A stretch of DNA of 64,000 nucleotides from Azolla caroliniana (GCA_043228905.1 JBHGNT010000011.1:20088001-20152000); one strand, 5' to 3'; shown: positions 1-12,605, numbered from the stretch's first letter. A program made the numbers and translations. Notes: generated by a model not told the origin, from the sequence alone.

Positions 1-220
1 GAAGAAGTAGATGAATTACATGCGGCGGAAGTTTGCAAGAGGCCAATGTCTATGGCGGTAGAGTGAAAAGAAGACGAGATGCATAGCAACAGCCCCTGCG
101 CGTCGTTGATGCCTAACATCCTCCGCATGATTCATCGTTTCAAAGATTTCACCACTGAAAAAGGATTCCAAGGAAGAGAAAAGGAGGGTCACTTGGATTT
201 GAACCTTAAGGGCCACTATT

Positions 221-718
221 TTGTTCTCAAAAGCTATAATGGAAGGTTTGGACGTGAGCCTTTATCAACAATTACAAGAATGTGGTCTAAATCCTTGCTT
301 CCTTGATACACAATACAGGACGCACGTAGAAATTTCGGCTTTACCTTCCTGGCAAATATTTCACTCCGGAATATTGAGGACAGAATTGTTACCCTCTGAT
401 AGGCCAGTGGCATGTGGGTTTTATTGGCCAGATAAGGGAAAACCCATCACTTTTGTGGATTGTTTGGATGGTAAAGAAGAGTTTACATTTCATGGAAATT
501 CCATGCTTAAACACGTAGACGCAACCCTGGTTCTCAAGGTTCTACAGCTTCTAAAGTCCAGCAATGACATATAAAATGGGTGGGAAGGTATTGGAGTGAT
601 TTCTCCATACAATGCACAAGTCAAACTAATGCATGATATGTTGTTTCATGATGGTAATGGCAAGGATGACAAATTCTTCGGGCTTGAGGTTAAGACTGTG
701 GATGGATTCTAAGGAAGA
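221..718 (+). pseudogene. UPF1/SEN1/DNA2-NAM7-type SF1 helicase C-terminal (AAA_12) fragment, intronless, disrupted
   Basis: One frame reads GLDVSLYQQLQECGLNPCFLDTQYRTHVEISALPS...PITFVD...*...GIGVISPYNAQV...LEVKTVDGF*GR, matching SF1 motifs (LxxQYRMH, IGVISPYxAQV, TVDGFQGRE). In-frame stops at 572-574 and 710-712. A second GFQGREKE lies at about 160-190. Confidence 0.8.
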
Positions 719-1380
719 AGGTGGTTCTCCCATCAGAAATCCATCCACTGCAAGTATAGATGCAAGGGTTGCAAATTGATGGATGTCTAGTCTTGGTGTA
801 CCTCAGCGCCCCAATACTGATGCTCTGGGGCAGCTCTTGTCTGATGTTAAATGGGTGTATATAATACAATTACAACATCTTAAGGATGTTGCAACAACTC
901 TTGCAACAGAAGAAGCCGATGATGTTCCAGCAACTCTTGCAACTCTTATATATGATTCAGGCTAACAAAAAACACCAAAATACCTCTAAACTAGCTGTCC
1001 ATATTTTCTCCAGAATACCCCTAAGTTCTCAAAATTTACTAGAATATACACGTGTTGGAAACTTTTGAAGTGGACAGGGTGTTCTTGGTAATTTTTGAAA
1101 ACTTCCAGAGTGCTCTGGAGGTATTCTAGAAAATCACCTAAGGGTAGGTTTTTATGTCATCAGAATATACTTAACTCTGAGGTTTTAGATTTAGGGTTAG
1201 TATATACTTTGAGTGCATTGAAGTGCAGCAATGCAGCGAGGTTCAGCAAAGTTCCAGCTAAAATACCCTGAATTTCATCAGCATGCAACAAATGAAAATT
1301 CTTCATGAAACAAAAGATAATAAAAGTTGATTTTTACCAAAATATGGTAATCCCAATCTTTACATTGGCTTAGGTGGGAA

Positions 1381-1762
1381 CATAGTTCCTAATATTCGGG
1401 TACGTCCAGTTTACTGGACGTACGCGAACGTTTGAAAACGTACGCGTATGATACGCGATATTCGTTTGGCTTCTTTTTTTTCTTTTCACTTTTTTTTGGT
1501 TTTTTTAATTTTTGATATTCATAATATTTTGTGAATAGAAGTGACATCTAACACACATACACACACTCTCTCTCTCTCTCACACGAGAACTGACAGATTT
1601 TCTCTCTCTACAAAATCTAGATATCTAATATACATATTACATACTCCCTCACACAGACAAAACCCATAGCTCCTCTCTCTCTCTCTCTCTAGAGTCTAGA
1701 TATACACTCAATCACTGTCTCCTCACACATGCAAAACAAGGCTTCTCTCTCTAGACCACACA

Positions 1763-1801
<39 letters not shown>

Positions 1802-1968
1802 CCTCACACACACACACACTATGTACACCATATACACCATATGTATATAAAATATATCTATGTACCGTGTATGGATTTCAATCATACTTGGAGCCTTTTC
1901 ACGTATGAGTATGATACGAATATTGGCGTTTGAGTATGACACGAATGGGACGTATGGCTAGAACTATG
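1381..1968. mobile_element. Non-autonomous hAT-type MITE (CATAG family)
   Basis: TIRs CATAGTTC...GAACTATG; 8-bp TSD GGTGGGAA at 1373-1380 and 1969-1976. The paralogous site near 24515 has a single GGTGGGAA (empty site). Internal CT/CA microsatellites. Confidence 0.92.
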
Positions 1969-3220
1969 GGTGGGAAAGGACAAATACCCTCTGTCAGTGA
2001 TGTAAACTAGTAAATCAATTCAACTCTAAGTTAGTACCTGTCCTATAGTCTTTCGCACGGTTGCAACTCGCTTAAATGCTCGTTCTGATTCCAGTGTATG
2101 AACCCGAAGCTTCAAATCTCCTTGCTCCTGAGGAAAGCTTTTGCATTTTTGCATGTCATCACGTGACCAAATCTTGAAACAAATGTTACTTTTCTGGAAT
2201 AACCAAAGAAAAGCTTACAATCCGCTGAATAACTTCTGCCAGTTTTTCTACTCGATCGGCTTGGTGAAATAGATTAGCAAATGCTTGAGATTGTCTATTC
2301 CATCGTTTAGTGAAATCCTACATGTTGCCAATTCACTTATCAGCCATAGCAAAAAACTTGGTTCCTATAAATATTCTCCAAACAAACCCTACCCTAATGA
2401 AAACATCAGCACCAACTTCCCAGAATTTCAGTATCTCCAGAGCATACCTAAGAAAATTATGATATAGGGCAGGTAAGGGATTACCCATGGCACTAATACC
2501 AATGAACATTGCAGGATTAATTTCCTTACGGTCTTGCAATTTCTGATATATCGAATCTTGGATCTGGACCTTTACCAATGCCGTCCAACACTAACAATCA
2601 AACAGCCGAAGAGTAAGCATGTCGGATTCTAAACTGATAAACAGGTCCTGTAGATGCAAGTTCATATACCTGAAAAAGCTCGTACAACAAATGTGAATGT
2701 TGCTGGAAATCGAAAAGGTTGGTCCACAGAGATTGACAGAAGGTCCTCACCTATACAAGAGCAGATAACAGAGAAAATCCAACATCATTGTCATGTAATG
2801 AAATTTTCCGTTGTATGCGACAACCATATTTCAACATCTTAAGAAGTGCTTAATCTTGATGTATTACATGTGTCAGATAATGGTCAAAACTCCATGACGT
2901 TGGCATCTAATGAATCATTAATTTTATGCCAAATAAAAATTAAAAGACATCTTAATAAAGGCGTTTTTTATGTATCAAACCCAGCAGACAGTCAAAGGAC
3001 CCATTGGGAATCAGGTTTTGGAAGTAGCCCATGAGCAACATATAAAAGTAAATGCCAATATTTGATAGGAAATTGAGGTGCCCAACTTAATTATTTGGCA
3101 CAATACACTATGACTATAATGTAAATTAAAGTATGGCACCAAGAAAAGAGAAGTTAATACATTTAATAAAGAAATACAATAACAAGGTTTTATAAATACA
3201 AAGGAAACTATATAATATAA

Positions 3221-3418
3221 CATAGGATGAACCATACGTGCATTTGCATTGGAGTATGGTAAACACCCTCGAAGTAAGGTAAATACCATACTTTTGTAAG
3301 AAAGTTAAGGTAAAAAGTGTAAAAAAGAACATAAGAATGTTTTGATAACAGATGCATTTGTTTGCATTCTTATGAAAAAGAATGTTTGCGAATGCATTCC
3401 AGTATATTACGTACTATG
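3221..3418. mobile_element. Non-autonomous hAT-type MITE (CATAG family), 198 bp
   Basis: Ends CATAGGATG...GTACTATG; 8-bp TSD TAATATAA at 3213-3220 and 3419-3426. Absent at the paralogous site near 25757. Its ends match the 7675-7942 element in opposite orientation. Confidence 0.88.
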
Positions 3419-3430
3419 TAATATAATATT

Positions 3431-3478
<48 letters not shown>

Positions 3479-5517
3479 GCAAAAACCACTATATGTGAAT
3501 ACAAAGCATATGAGATCCTATCCTTTCTGAAAAGGTCAATGAAAACATAGAGCAGAACCAACAGCATAGTTCCAGACCAGAGACTTAAGCCTTACCAATA
3601 GCGGCAAGGCGCATCTTCTTCATTTCTAATTTCTCTTCCTTTGATAATGGTTTCTTGAAAACAAGGGGACTCGTGGCTGCTTCTTTCTCTGCTTTTTGTG
3701 CACTTAATCGTTCCTCAATTACCAACTTTAAAACATCTTGCAATTCAACCTAAATGCCACAAGAAAATCCAAGATACATATCAAAAGTGTAAAGACCTGT
3801 TCAAAAAGAACTGTGCTGTTCGTCGAACAGCAGTCATATCTCCAGTTGGGACAAGAACCCCCACTGGAACCATTGATTGGTGAACCTTTTACAGTTAAAT
3901 AAACAAACGGTGAAGTCAGTTAAATAAGTTTATGTAACAGGTTTTGCCTCTTCACTCAGAAAAATCTGGGTCAAGTTTACTCACTTTGTCAGGATCTTTC
4001 TCATACACTCCATAGAATATTTCAAGCAAGCCGTCTCTTATGTTTGGGCTGACGTTGCACTTCAGAAAAAAATCTAAGTGTCTGGAATATCAATGGATGA
4101 ACCATAGGCACTAACCCAATATCATAATCAACCTTCCCATCATGCCAAAATCATAAAAGATGAGGCGTCCTCCATTTGTATCATCTACAGCGATGTTTCC
4201 TGGATGCTGATAACCACCATGGACCGTAATATATGAATAACAAAGGTAAGAATTTTATGCATTTCATACAACACAAAATAAGCTTACTGGATCTGCATGA
4301 AAAAAACCATGCCTCAAAATTTGCTCCAAATATGATTCTACAGCATATCTAGCTAGACTGCAATCAATACATATCGCGGTAAATTTGAAGAGGTTTCTCC
4401 CCAAACAGTTCAATGGTTCAGTGGCCATTTGAATTTCACTCTCATACCCACATTTGTCTATCTACACCAAGTTGGTCCAAAGCTGAAATGCGATTGATCT
4501 TAATGCCTGGAACATACTCCATTGTAAGCACCTAAAACAGAAAGCCAATCCCATTTATAATCTCAATCAATAACAGACAATTCTAAGTAAACAATAGTTT
4601 GTGTATTGAATTACCTGTGGTGTTGTAAATTCCCAATATATTTTGGGAACCTTTACATAATCTAAGTCCTTAAAATTGTGTGCAAAACGTTCAGCATTGA
4701 CAGCCTCCTTACTATAATCAATTTCCTGAAAGCCAAACAGTTTTACCACCAGATTACTTAAAGCATCAATTGTCCAGAAAGCACTCTGAGATATAAGATA
4801 TTCATAGAGAATTTCAGCATCCCAAACATATGCTCCAAATCACTATGTGCATTAGACCACGTAGTTTAATGTAGATTAATTATTTTTCATTTTCATGAAA
4901 AATGTAAATATGTTTTATGTTTTATAAATAGTTTAATCGTGGATTAGAAAAGAGTGTGCAATCAACGACACAAAAAAAGGCAAATTGCAATTATATGCTA
5001 GAAAAGGAACAAGTAAAAGGAAAAATGTTATAAATGTAATGCAATTATAGGTTATAAGATCAAGGCCACATAACGTAAAAATGTAATAAATGGAGTTGAT
5101 AGGTTACATGATCAAAGCCACATGTTAGTTCAAGGAAAATATGGACAAACTGTTGCTTTGGTATTTTTATCCTCAGGAATTTCCCTACAAATCTTCCTTC
5201 TTTCCATGCACTATGAGCTGACTTAAAACTCTATTCTATTGAGTGTTGGACACTTTACCTGCTCTCTTTAGACATACATTTCTGCATACTATTTACTGTG
5301 GACATGAGTCCTGATTTGTAACAATCACCTGTTGTTGCTAGGTATATTCTTCACAAGAAACTAATGCCGCTGTTTGTATACAGTTGAGATCAGACACTCT
5401 GTTTGTGTCTTTTATGTCAAAATATCTTTAACAACAGTATTTATGGCCCTCACGCACAGTGTAGATTTGGAACAACGATATTTAACAGCATCCTACTTAC
5501 AAGTTACTACTTATATC

Positions 5518-5951
5518 TAACAATCGGTAACGGTTCGGTTTGGTTCGAGAGAGTCCAACCCGAAACGGTTTTGAACCGAACCGTTTAAAAAATAAACCTG
5601 AACCGAACCTTTATACATTTTTCAAACCATTAAACCATAAAAACCGCGGTTTCGTGGTTCAGTTTCAGTTTTGAACATAGGTCAAATTTTTTATTTTTTA
5701 TTTTTTAAAATTTATAATATTTCATGATTTAAAATTTTAAAAAGTTTTAAGATGTTCCTAAGATGTGAGAATAAGGTCTAAAAATGAAAAGATTGTTTAA
5801 AAACAATTTTTTTAATTTTTTTTTTAAAAAAATTTCTTTAAACCATTTAAACCGCGGTTTTTTACTGTTGAAACCGAACCGAACCGTTAAGCCGTTGAAA
5901 CCGCGGTTTCGCGGTTCAGTTCAATTCAAACCAAACCGTTGTTGATTGTTA
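5518..5951. mobile_element. Non-autonomous hAT-type MITE with AAACCG/CGGTTT subterminal repeats
   Basis: TIRs TAACAATC(GGTAACGGTT)...(AACCGTTGTT)GATTGTTA; 8-bp TSD CTTATATC at 5510-5517 and 5952-5959. Empty site near 27969. Many AAACCG/GAACCG motifs in both arms. Confidence 0.92.
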
Positions 5952-7454
5952 CTTATATCATCAGTGCCTGGGAGTAAGTGAAGCTTCAAGGTCCATAAGT
6001 AGGTGGAAGCTTTAAAAACTAACTACAATATGCATGAGGACACATCTTTCACATAATATTTTCTTAAAAGGTTTTACCTTTACCCAATTGCAAAGCAAAC
6101 TTATCGGTGTCAAATCAAACCTGGTATAAAACAGAGGCACATTCATCATAAATCGCAACCCGATCTCCCTTAGCGAAAACATGATAATCTCTTATAGGTA
6201 TATCAAAATTGGTTCACAACAATTCCATGGAGAGTAACCCATTTGGTCACTTCTTTTATTTGATGTTGTTTATCTTGTTGGGAAGAACATGTGCACCTTC
6301 GATAGTGGTTAGTTGAAGTTTAAGTAATTGTATTATATACTGAAGTACCCCAAAGTTCTCCTTTTGCAATTTATAGTGCACCATAGGTTGTAAGGTTTTT
6401 GTTCAACTTTAGCACTTCTTCAACATTAAGTTCTCTCAATTGGCTAATGTGGGCTTGACGAGTTTCTAAACTACGTCAAAGTATGCATTCATTTTGCATT
6501 CTTCTCTTATATGTAATTGAATGTCGAAGGTTAGTAGGTCTTATAGTGACACGACATTGAGTCTTTATCGACTTGTTAAGATAGACCATAGTATGAGGTC
6601 TTAGCACTTGTAATTTGGTAGTTGAATCCTTCTCTTTACTTGGATGTTCCGATGGTAAATTTCTCCGTCTATGTCTTTGTCTTCGTGTCTCTCTCACATC
6701 AAAGCTATAAATTTGAGAGAACCCAAGTTCAATCCTTGTCATGGGCTAGGCCATTTCTCATGAGTTCACAATTCTTCCTTTACAACTATGGAAGAATTTC
6801 CACATTAAAGAAAAGTTCAAGGATACATGGAATGTATGCCCATGTGTTTTATAACCTAATGAATATGTTTGTTCATAAACTTCAATTCTATTACTCAACT
6901 ATTCTAATTTAGACTATTGTATATATTAATTATTAATCACATGTGATCCCAAATATACTCTAACATCATTTCTCACTTTAAGGGGTTCAATTCCCTTAGG
7001 GTTCCAATTTTGAAAATTAAGTTTAAGTCTCGACATCTCAACTATAAAAGACCAACATAACAAACATATTTTCCCAATTCCAAGTTCAACGTAAGGCACA
7101 TATATATACTTGTTTGCATAGTTAGATACACATCCACATATGCATGTTGTGTCTAAAAAGAAAGGAATCCTTGTTCAAGATTTTTCTTGTGTTTTCAAAA
7201 ATACTCGATGTGGCCTTATTATGACATTGTACACATCAAACATATTTTGGCTTGTTTGAATGAAAAGCGAACTAATTTTAGAACATGGAGCCTAAGGCAC
7301 GTACATTAATCAAGGTAAGGGACAAATCCATCTTTTCCCAGAGTGATTAATTATTTGTTCAGGAGGCCTCACTTTGGTATAGCTAACCTATTCGTGGATT
7401 GTTTTCACTCCCTATATCCGAATATTATTAATTTCAAATAAAACATAAGTATAT

Positions 7455-8200
7455 AGATTGTTTGAGGAAGCCTCAACCTTTCATGTTTAAACTATGTCAT
7501 CATTTCAAATACTCAATGTGCCATTCTACACTATTCATGTTATCTTCATGGAAATTCGCAATCGGTCTTAATAAAGAGTCAAACCTCCATATATATTCTT
7601 ACCGATTTTTAAGTCTTGATTAGTCATACACGTTCTTTCTTTGTTATATAAAACTTCTAACGAAACATTGTATCCATAGAACGTAATATTCGTGTTCGTG
7701 GAGGCATTCAAACGTTTGAAAACGTACACGTTTGAAAACGTACACGTTTGAAAGGGGAAAAATATGTGCTCTTTTTTTTTTTTTTCATTTGTTTTCATTG
7801 CAAATTTAGCCCATAATATAGACCATAGTTAATCCAATCAAACGTGTCAAACCAATCCAACTTTGAGTTGATTTACCATTCACGTTTTATTGAATCAAAC
7901 GCGAATGCGAATGCGCGTATGATACGTATGGTTCATTCTATGATCGTATCTAGATTGTTTGATGAAGCCTCAACCTTTCATGTTTAAACTATGTCATCAT
8001 TTCAAATACTCAATGTGCCATTCTACACTATTCACGTTATCTAAATATTCATGGAAATTCACAATCAATCTTAATAAATAGTCAAACCCGCAGATATAAT
8101 ACAGAGTCAAAACTCCATATATATTCTTACCGATTTTTAGGTCTTCATGAGTCATCCACATTCTTTCTTTGTTATATAAAACTTATAATCAAACACTATA
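7455..8200. repeat. Two-unit tandem duplication (about 220-250 bp unit) with a MITE at the junction
   Basis: TAGATTGTTTGA(G/T)GAAGCCTCAACCTTTCATGTTTAAACTATGTCATC... starts at 7455 and again at 7951. Confidence 0.85.
7675..7942. mobile_element. Non-autonomous hAT-type MITE (CATAG family), 268 bp
   Basis: TIRs CATAGAA...TTCTATG; near-perfect 8-bp TSD ATTGTATC/ATCGTATC. Shares AACGTTTGAAAACGTAC and CGCGTATGATACG motifs with 1381-1968. Confidence 0.82.
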
Positions 8201-8667
8201 TATATATAATGAGAAAAGGGAAATTTCTTACTATCTCACAATATTCGTACATAAATTATATTTGGAAAAAACAGAATGCACCCTTAACATGCCGATCTTT
8301 TGTTCATGTGGGGGTGTTTTCACTCTTTGCACTCAATATAACACGTGTACATATAATTTATCCACATGTTGCAAATGTAAGGCCAAATATAGTAAAGAGT
8401 TTGGTTCCTTTTGTAGGTAGCTAAAGTATGTGCATCAGAAATTCCATATTCCCTCAAACTTTGTTTTCGATATGTAGGTAGTAGTCTCTTTCATGGTCGA
8501 TAAAGTTAAGGAGAAATAAATTTCTATGCTCCACATTGAAGAAAAATGGGAACAATGGGAGTTATTCTATTTTGTGAAAGTTTTGTTCTTCAAATAAAAC
8601 ACTCTTAATGTTGGTGGAAATGGAAAAAGTAGGATTTTTTTTTTTTTTTTAAATTCCAAAAAAAAAA

Positions 8668-8775
8668 GTAGGATATTTAATAGGGTCCTTGTTGGTTCTA
8701 GCCTCATTATCTCCTTTAATAAGTAGGATAATTAATAGGTTCCTTGTTGGTTCTAGCTTGCTTATCTCCTTAATA
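8668..8775. repeat. About 55-bp tandem duplication
   Basis: GTAGGATA(T/A)TTAATAGG(G/T)TCCTTGTTGGTTCTAGC...TTATCTCCTT occurs twice. Confidence 0.75.
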
Positions 8776-9627
8776 CTTAAGAGTATTAGTTCTTAATCCA
8801 AACGCAAAGTCTTAGGAAGATTCGATATTAGGGATAAATTGCAAGTCGGGTAGATGCCAAAACGATTGAAGTACACATTGTTTGGATGGAGTGCAAGTGG
8901 CCTTTGTTGAGACATCTTTTCCGTGGCGGATATACAAGCCTTTACGCTTTTATATTCTCGCCCTCGATTTATCAACGTTTGCCGCAAGATGTTCTCTTAC
9001 ACCCCACAATTATATGTTATTGACAAGAAATTTGTTATGTGTAACCAAGCAAGCACCAACAAAGCCTAACACGCACCACCCAAACAAAGACAAAAAACGA
9101 AGGAGAATTGGATGTGGTAGATATATGTTAAATTGTTGTTAACCAAACATGGGAAGTGTAACCTAGAGCTGGTTGTAAAATTCCACTTCTTGAGTTTATA
9201 TCTTTCTATACATGTAAAAAAAAATGCTCACATATGAATGAGCACATGAGCCATAACTCTTTGTTGTAATGGAACACCATGCTTTAACAATCACTTCCAT
9301 GTAGCCTTTTGTACTAAATATAGTAAATAGGGATCACTGCTTGTAGGCCCTCTACTAAATATAGCAATTAGGGTTTATGTGAAGTGAAACAGCCATTAAG
9401 AAAGAAAGGGTTTCTGTATGATTTTTTTTGGCCTTAGGATATGTGGCAGCTGGGCCTGGTAGGGATACAATCAAGAAATCGCCTGTCTGTCTTCTTGGAA
9501 GGTGATTTAAGCTGTGTACAACTCGCCTCACTAGGTCGTCCGACCTTTTCTCATGAATGGGAAACCCACAAGAAAACAAGCAGACTGGGAATCAACTCAA
9601 ACCCCCCACCTTCCCAGAAAATTCATG

Positions 9628-9843
9628 AATGGGATTACCATGTCTTGCTTCTCCGCGTGTTTCGCACTCCATTTATTTATTTGAAGAAACAGACAAATAC
9701 CACGTATAAAACAGTGTAACCCTCGCTCGTCATTTCGTTTTGTTTTATGGCCAGGTATTTATCTGTTTCTTCAAATAAATAATACACGAATTAGCACAAA
9801 ATCGTGTGCGAAACACGGAGAAGCTAAACATGCTGATCCCATT
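9628..9843. mobile_element. Foldback/MITE-like element with long inverted arms
   Basis: AATGGGATTACCATGTCTTGCTTCTCCGCGTGTTTCGCAC pairs with GTGCGAAACACGGAGAAGCTAAACATGCTGATCCCATT. Inner TATTTATTTGAAGAAACAGACAAATACC pairs with GGTATTTATCTGTTTCTTCAAATAAATA. TSD not clear. Confidence 0.7.
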
Positions 9844-10499
9844 TTATATCAAATAGGAGAAATTAGTCAAACAATTCAATCATATCAACATTGAATCGGT
9901 AATAAAATATGAAATATGTTTAATTAATCCCAACTATATAAAAAAAAGTTTAATTTTCTTAATATATACTTTGTCATTAACAAAAAAGACTATCTAACTT
10001 ATGTAATTTATTTAAGTGGTATTTAGGATTCCAATAGCTTAAATATTATCGATTCAAGCTTCGAATTTAAATTAATCTTTGTATGAAGGGAGTAATTATA
10101 AAGCTATTATTATTATGTTAGACAATTTCTAAGTCGACCATATTAACTAAAATCATGATTTAGACTCAGTGATAAAATATTAGAGCTTACCAATATTCAT
10201 CTCCTATATATTGAAAATGTAATATAAATTGTGACCCTTTTACATTGTGGGGTGTAGAAGTGTATAGACAGTAGAAAATGGTTAGTAAATAACGATGTGG
10301 TTAGAAAATTATTAGAGAGATGAAGAGAAGATTTGGTGTGGAGGTGATGGATAATGTGGATATGCCCTACATCAGAGTACATCATGTAGGGTATATCCAC
10401 TAAAATTAAGTCAAATCAATGTTCATAGGATTATCTAAAACTAAATAGAAAATGATATTTCACAAAATGTATGTAGGCTTAATTTACTAGCATTGATAA

Positions 10500-11060
10500 A
10501 TATAGGATGCACCATTAGGATCTTGTGCATCCTCTATATTGATCTATGGAGTGCAAGTGCCAAGAACCCTCATTGATGCATCCTTGCCATGGTGTATATT
10601 CAAGTCACCATACTTGTCCTTGCCTTCTATGTTTGCATTTGGATGATATCCTCACCTCATTACATAAGAGCACCATCAAGCCTACCTTAACTTCCAAGGT
10701 CTTATTTTGAGCTACAATCCATGGGTAATGAATAGATAATTACCCATTGTCTCATGCATGGCTTACATCAAACGTCCTTGAGGAAGCAAAAGATTGGCAA
10801 GAGTTGGAACACTTGATTAAGATAAAAAGAAGCAAGCATCATGTGGCCCTTCTCAAGTTCTCATTACAAAGGTATGGTAAAGTTGGGGATTATGCTCAAA
10901 AGAAGTTGTCTAATTGCCCTTGGGAAATGTATGGTGATTGGAATAGGGTCAATCATTTACACTTATAAACTATACTTTACACTTACAAGGCCAAAATGGA
11001 TATTGACTTTGATCAAAATGTTTACAATTCACATTGTGCTTCATGGCTTCTCTAAGTTCA
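10500..11060 (+). mobile_element. Highly degenerate Ty3/gypsy RT-RNaseH remnant
   Basis: LCLHLDDIL (RT YxDD-like) at about 10630-10655 and KMFTIH..(AS) (RNaseH FTIHCDAS-like) at about 11015-11050. Many stops and frameshifts. Confidence 0.4.
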
Positions 11061-12343
11061 ATGAAACACCATGTTTTACCAACCCTCATATCATGTTTTA
11101 TATGGTACTCAAGTACTTTAATGGCATGGAAGAAGATACGATCAGAGCCAACCTTATCATTTTTAGGATGATTCAAAGCGAATTTAATGGCTTCATGTAT
11201 AAACCTTACTTTTCTTACAATCAACTAGCTCGCTACGTAAATGCTTCAACATACTCAAATATACATTATAAAAAGAAGAATCACATTCAAACATAAACGC
11301 ATAAAAATGAGACAATATGTTTTTTAAAGCATAGATCATGCTGAGCATAAATTATGTGTGAGCATGATTGTTATAGATTACATATGTGACTTTGAATACC
11401 CCCCTCAAAATATTCTGTATATATGTATCAACCATAGTGTTACCTTAAAGCACCATTAAGTTATGGGTTTGATATGTTCTTCATGATATGTACACAAAAT
11501 GTGTTTCTCGTGTTAGAGCATTGAACCCATTAGATAATTCACAAAGTGCTAAATGTTAATTCATCAAATCTACTCATGTAGTAAGTAGACATTAATATGA
11601 TATATTTAGGCATGTGTCAACAAAAAGGAAGCAGTTCTAGAAACGCATTGATCAGTAACACCAAAGTTACCGTTCACGAATTCATTTTTTGTTGTTTTTT
11701 CTTCCTCTACTAGAGCTTAAGATTCCGTATCATAGCACAAAAGAATCCATACATATGTATTTCCTTTTGATGCCCCTCTAGGTTATAATATTGGCTAAAT
11801 TTATAATTTTAATATGTTTATTTATGTGTGCACATGCATGGGTGTGGTCATAATTGGTTATCTATGTGCACGAGTGTGTGGGTATGTTTGTTATTGAGAA
11901 AAAAACAGACGTGTGTGATTGCGTTGGCACATATTGTGGCATGTGAAACTGCAATTAATATGGTTATAGAATTATTCCAAACACATCCAACTCACATTTT
12001 ATCCTACATTCGCAGAATATTACACATTGTCATGTACATGAATATAATATTATTTATTTGTTTAAATGAGTGCATTGAGGTAGAGACATGTGAGAAACCT
12101 CTCTTCATGCTTTAGTTGAAGGTCCCCCATTTGTAAAGAATCAAGATAATGCACCAATGTATATATTATATGTATGTGTATTGTTATTTTATATACAATA
12201 CAAAAAATGTATCGAACTTTGATGCATATAAATGCTACCCAAAAAGAAAAATCAATTTGTGAAATAAAGTTTCATTTGAGTTTCACTTTACTGAGGTTGT
12301 AGGAAAACGAAAGATCAAATACCATATAATCGAGAGAATGAAG

Positions 12344-12605
12344 TGTTGCAGAAGCGTCAAATTAATAATATATAACCAAGAATAAAGCTATTAGATAGAG
12401 TAAGAGGGAGAGAGAAAACAACACCAGAATTTAAAAAGGTTCAACCAATTAAGCCTACATCCTCCAAAGCAAAATGCTCTATTAAGGTTGGGAGAGAAGA
12501 ATACAAAATTGAGGATGTATAACTAAAAGGAAGAGGAGCGTATTTATAACTCCCAAACCACCTCCCCAAACTATGTGGGATAAAGAATGGGCCAAAAAGT
12601 TAACA
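12344..12605 (-). repeat. 3' LTR of copia element
   Basis: TGTTG...TTAACA, direct repeat of 15864-16126, adjacent to the PPT. Confidence 0.93.

Larger units (their letters stand above)
946..6173 (-). pseudogene. Truncated duplicate of ABC1K8 (part of exon 6 to penultimate exon, with introns)
   Basis: Co-linear and highly similar to about 24085-28188, including introns. Lacks exons 1-5 and the last exon. The acceptor near 3718 is deleted, acceptor AG>AA at 4055, W>R at about 6160, and three MITE insertions are present. Confidence 0.92.
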
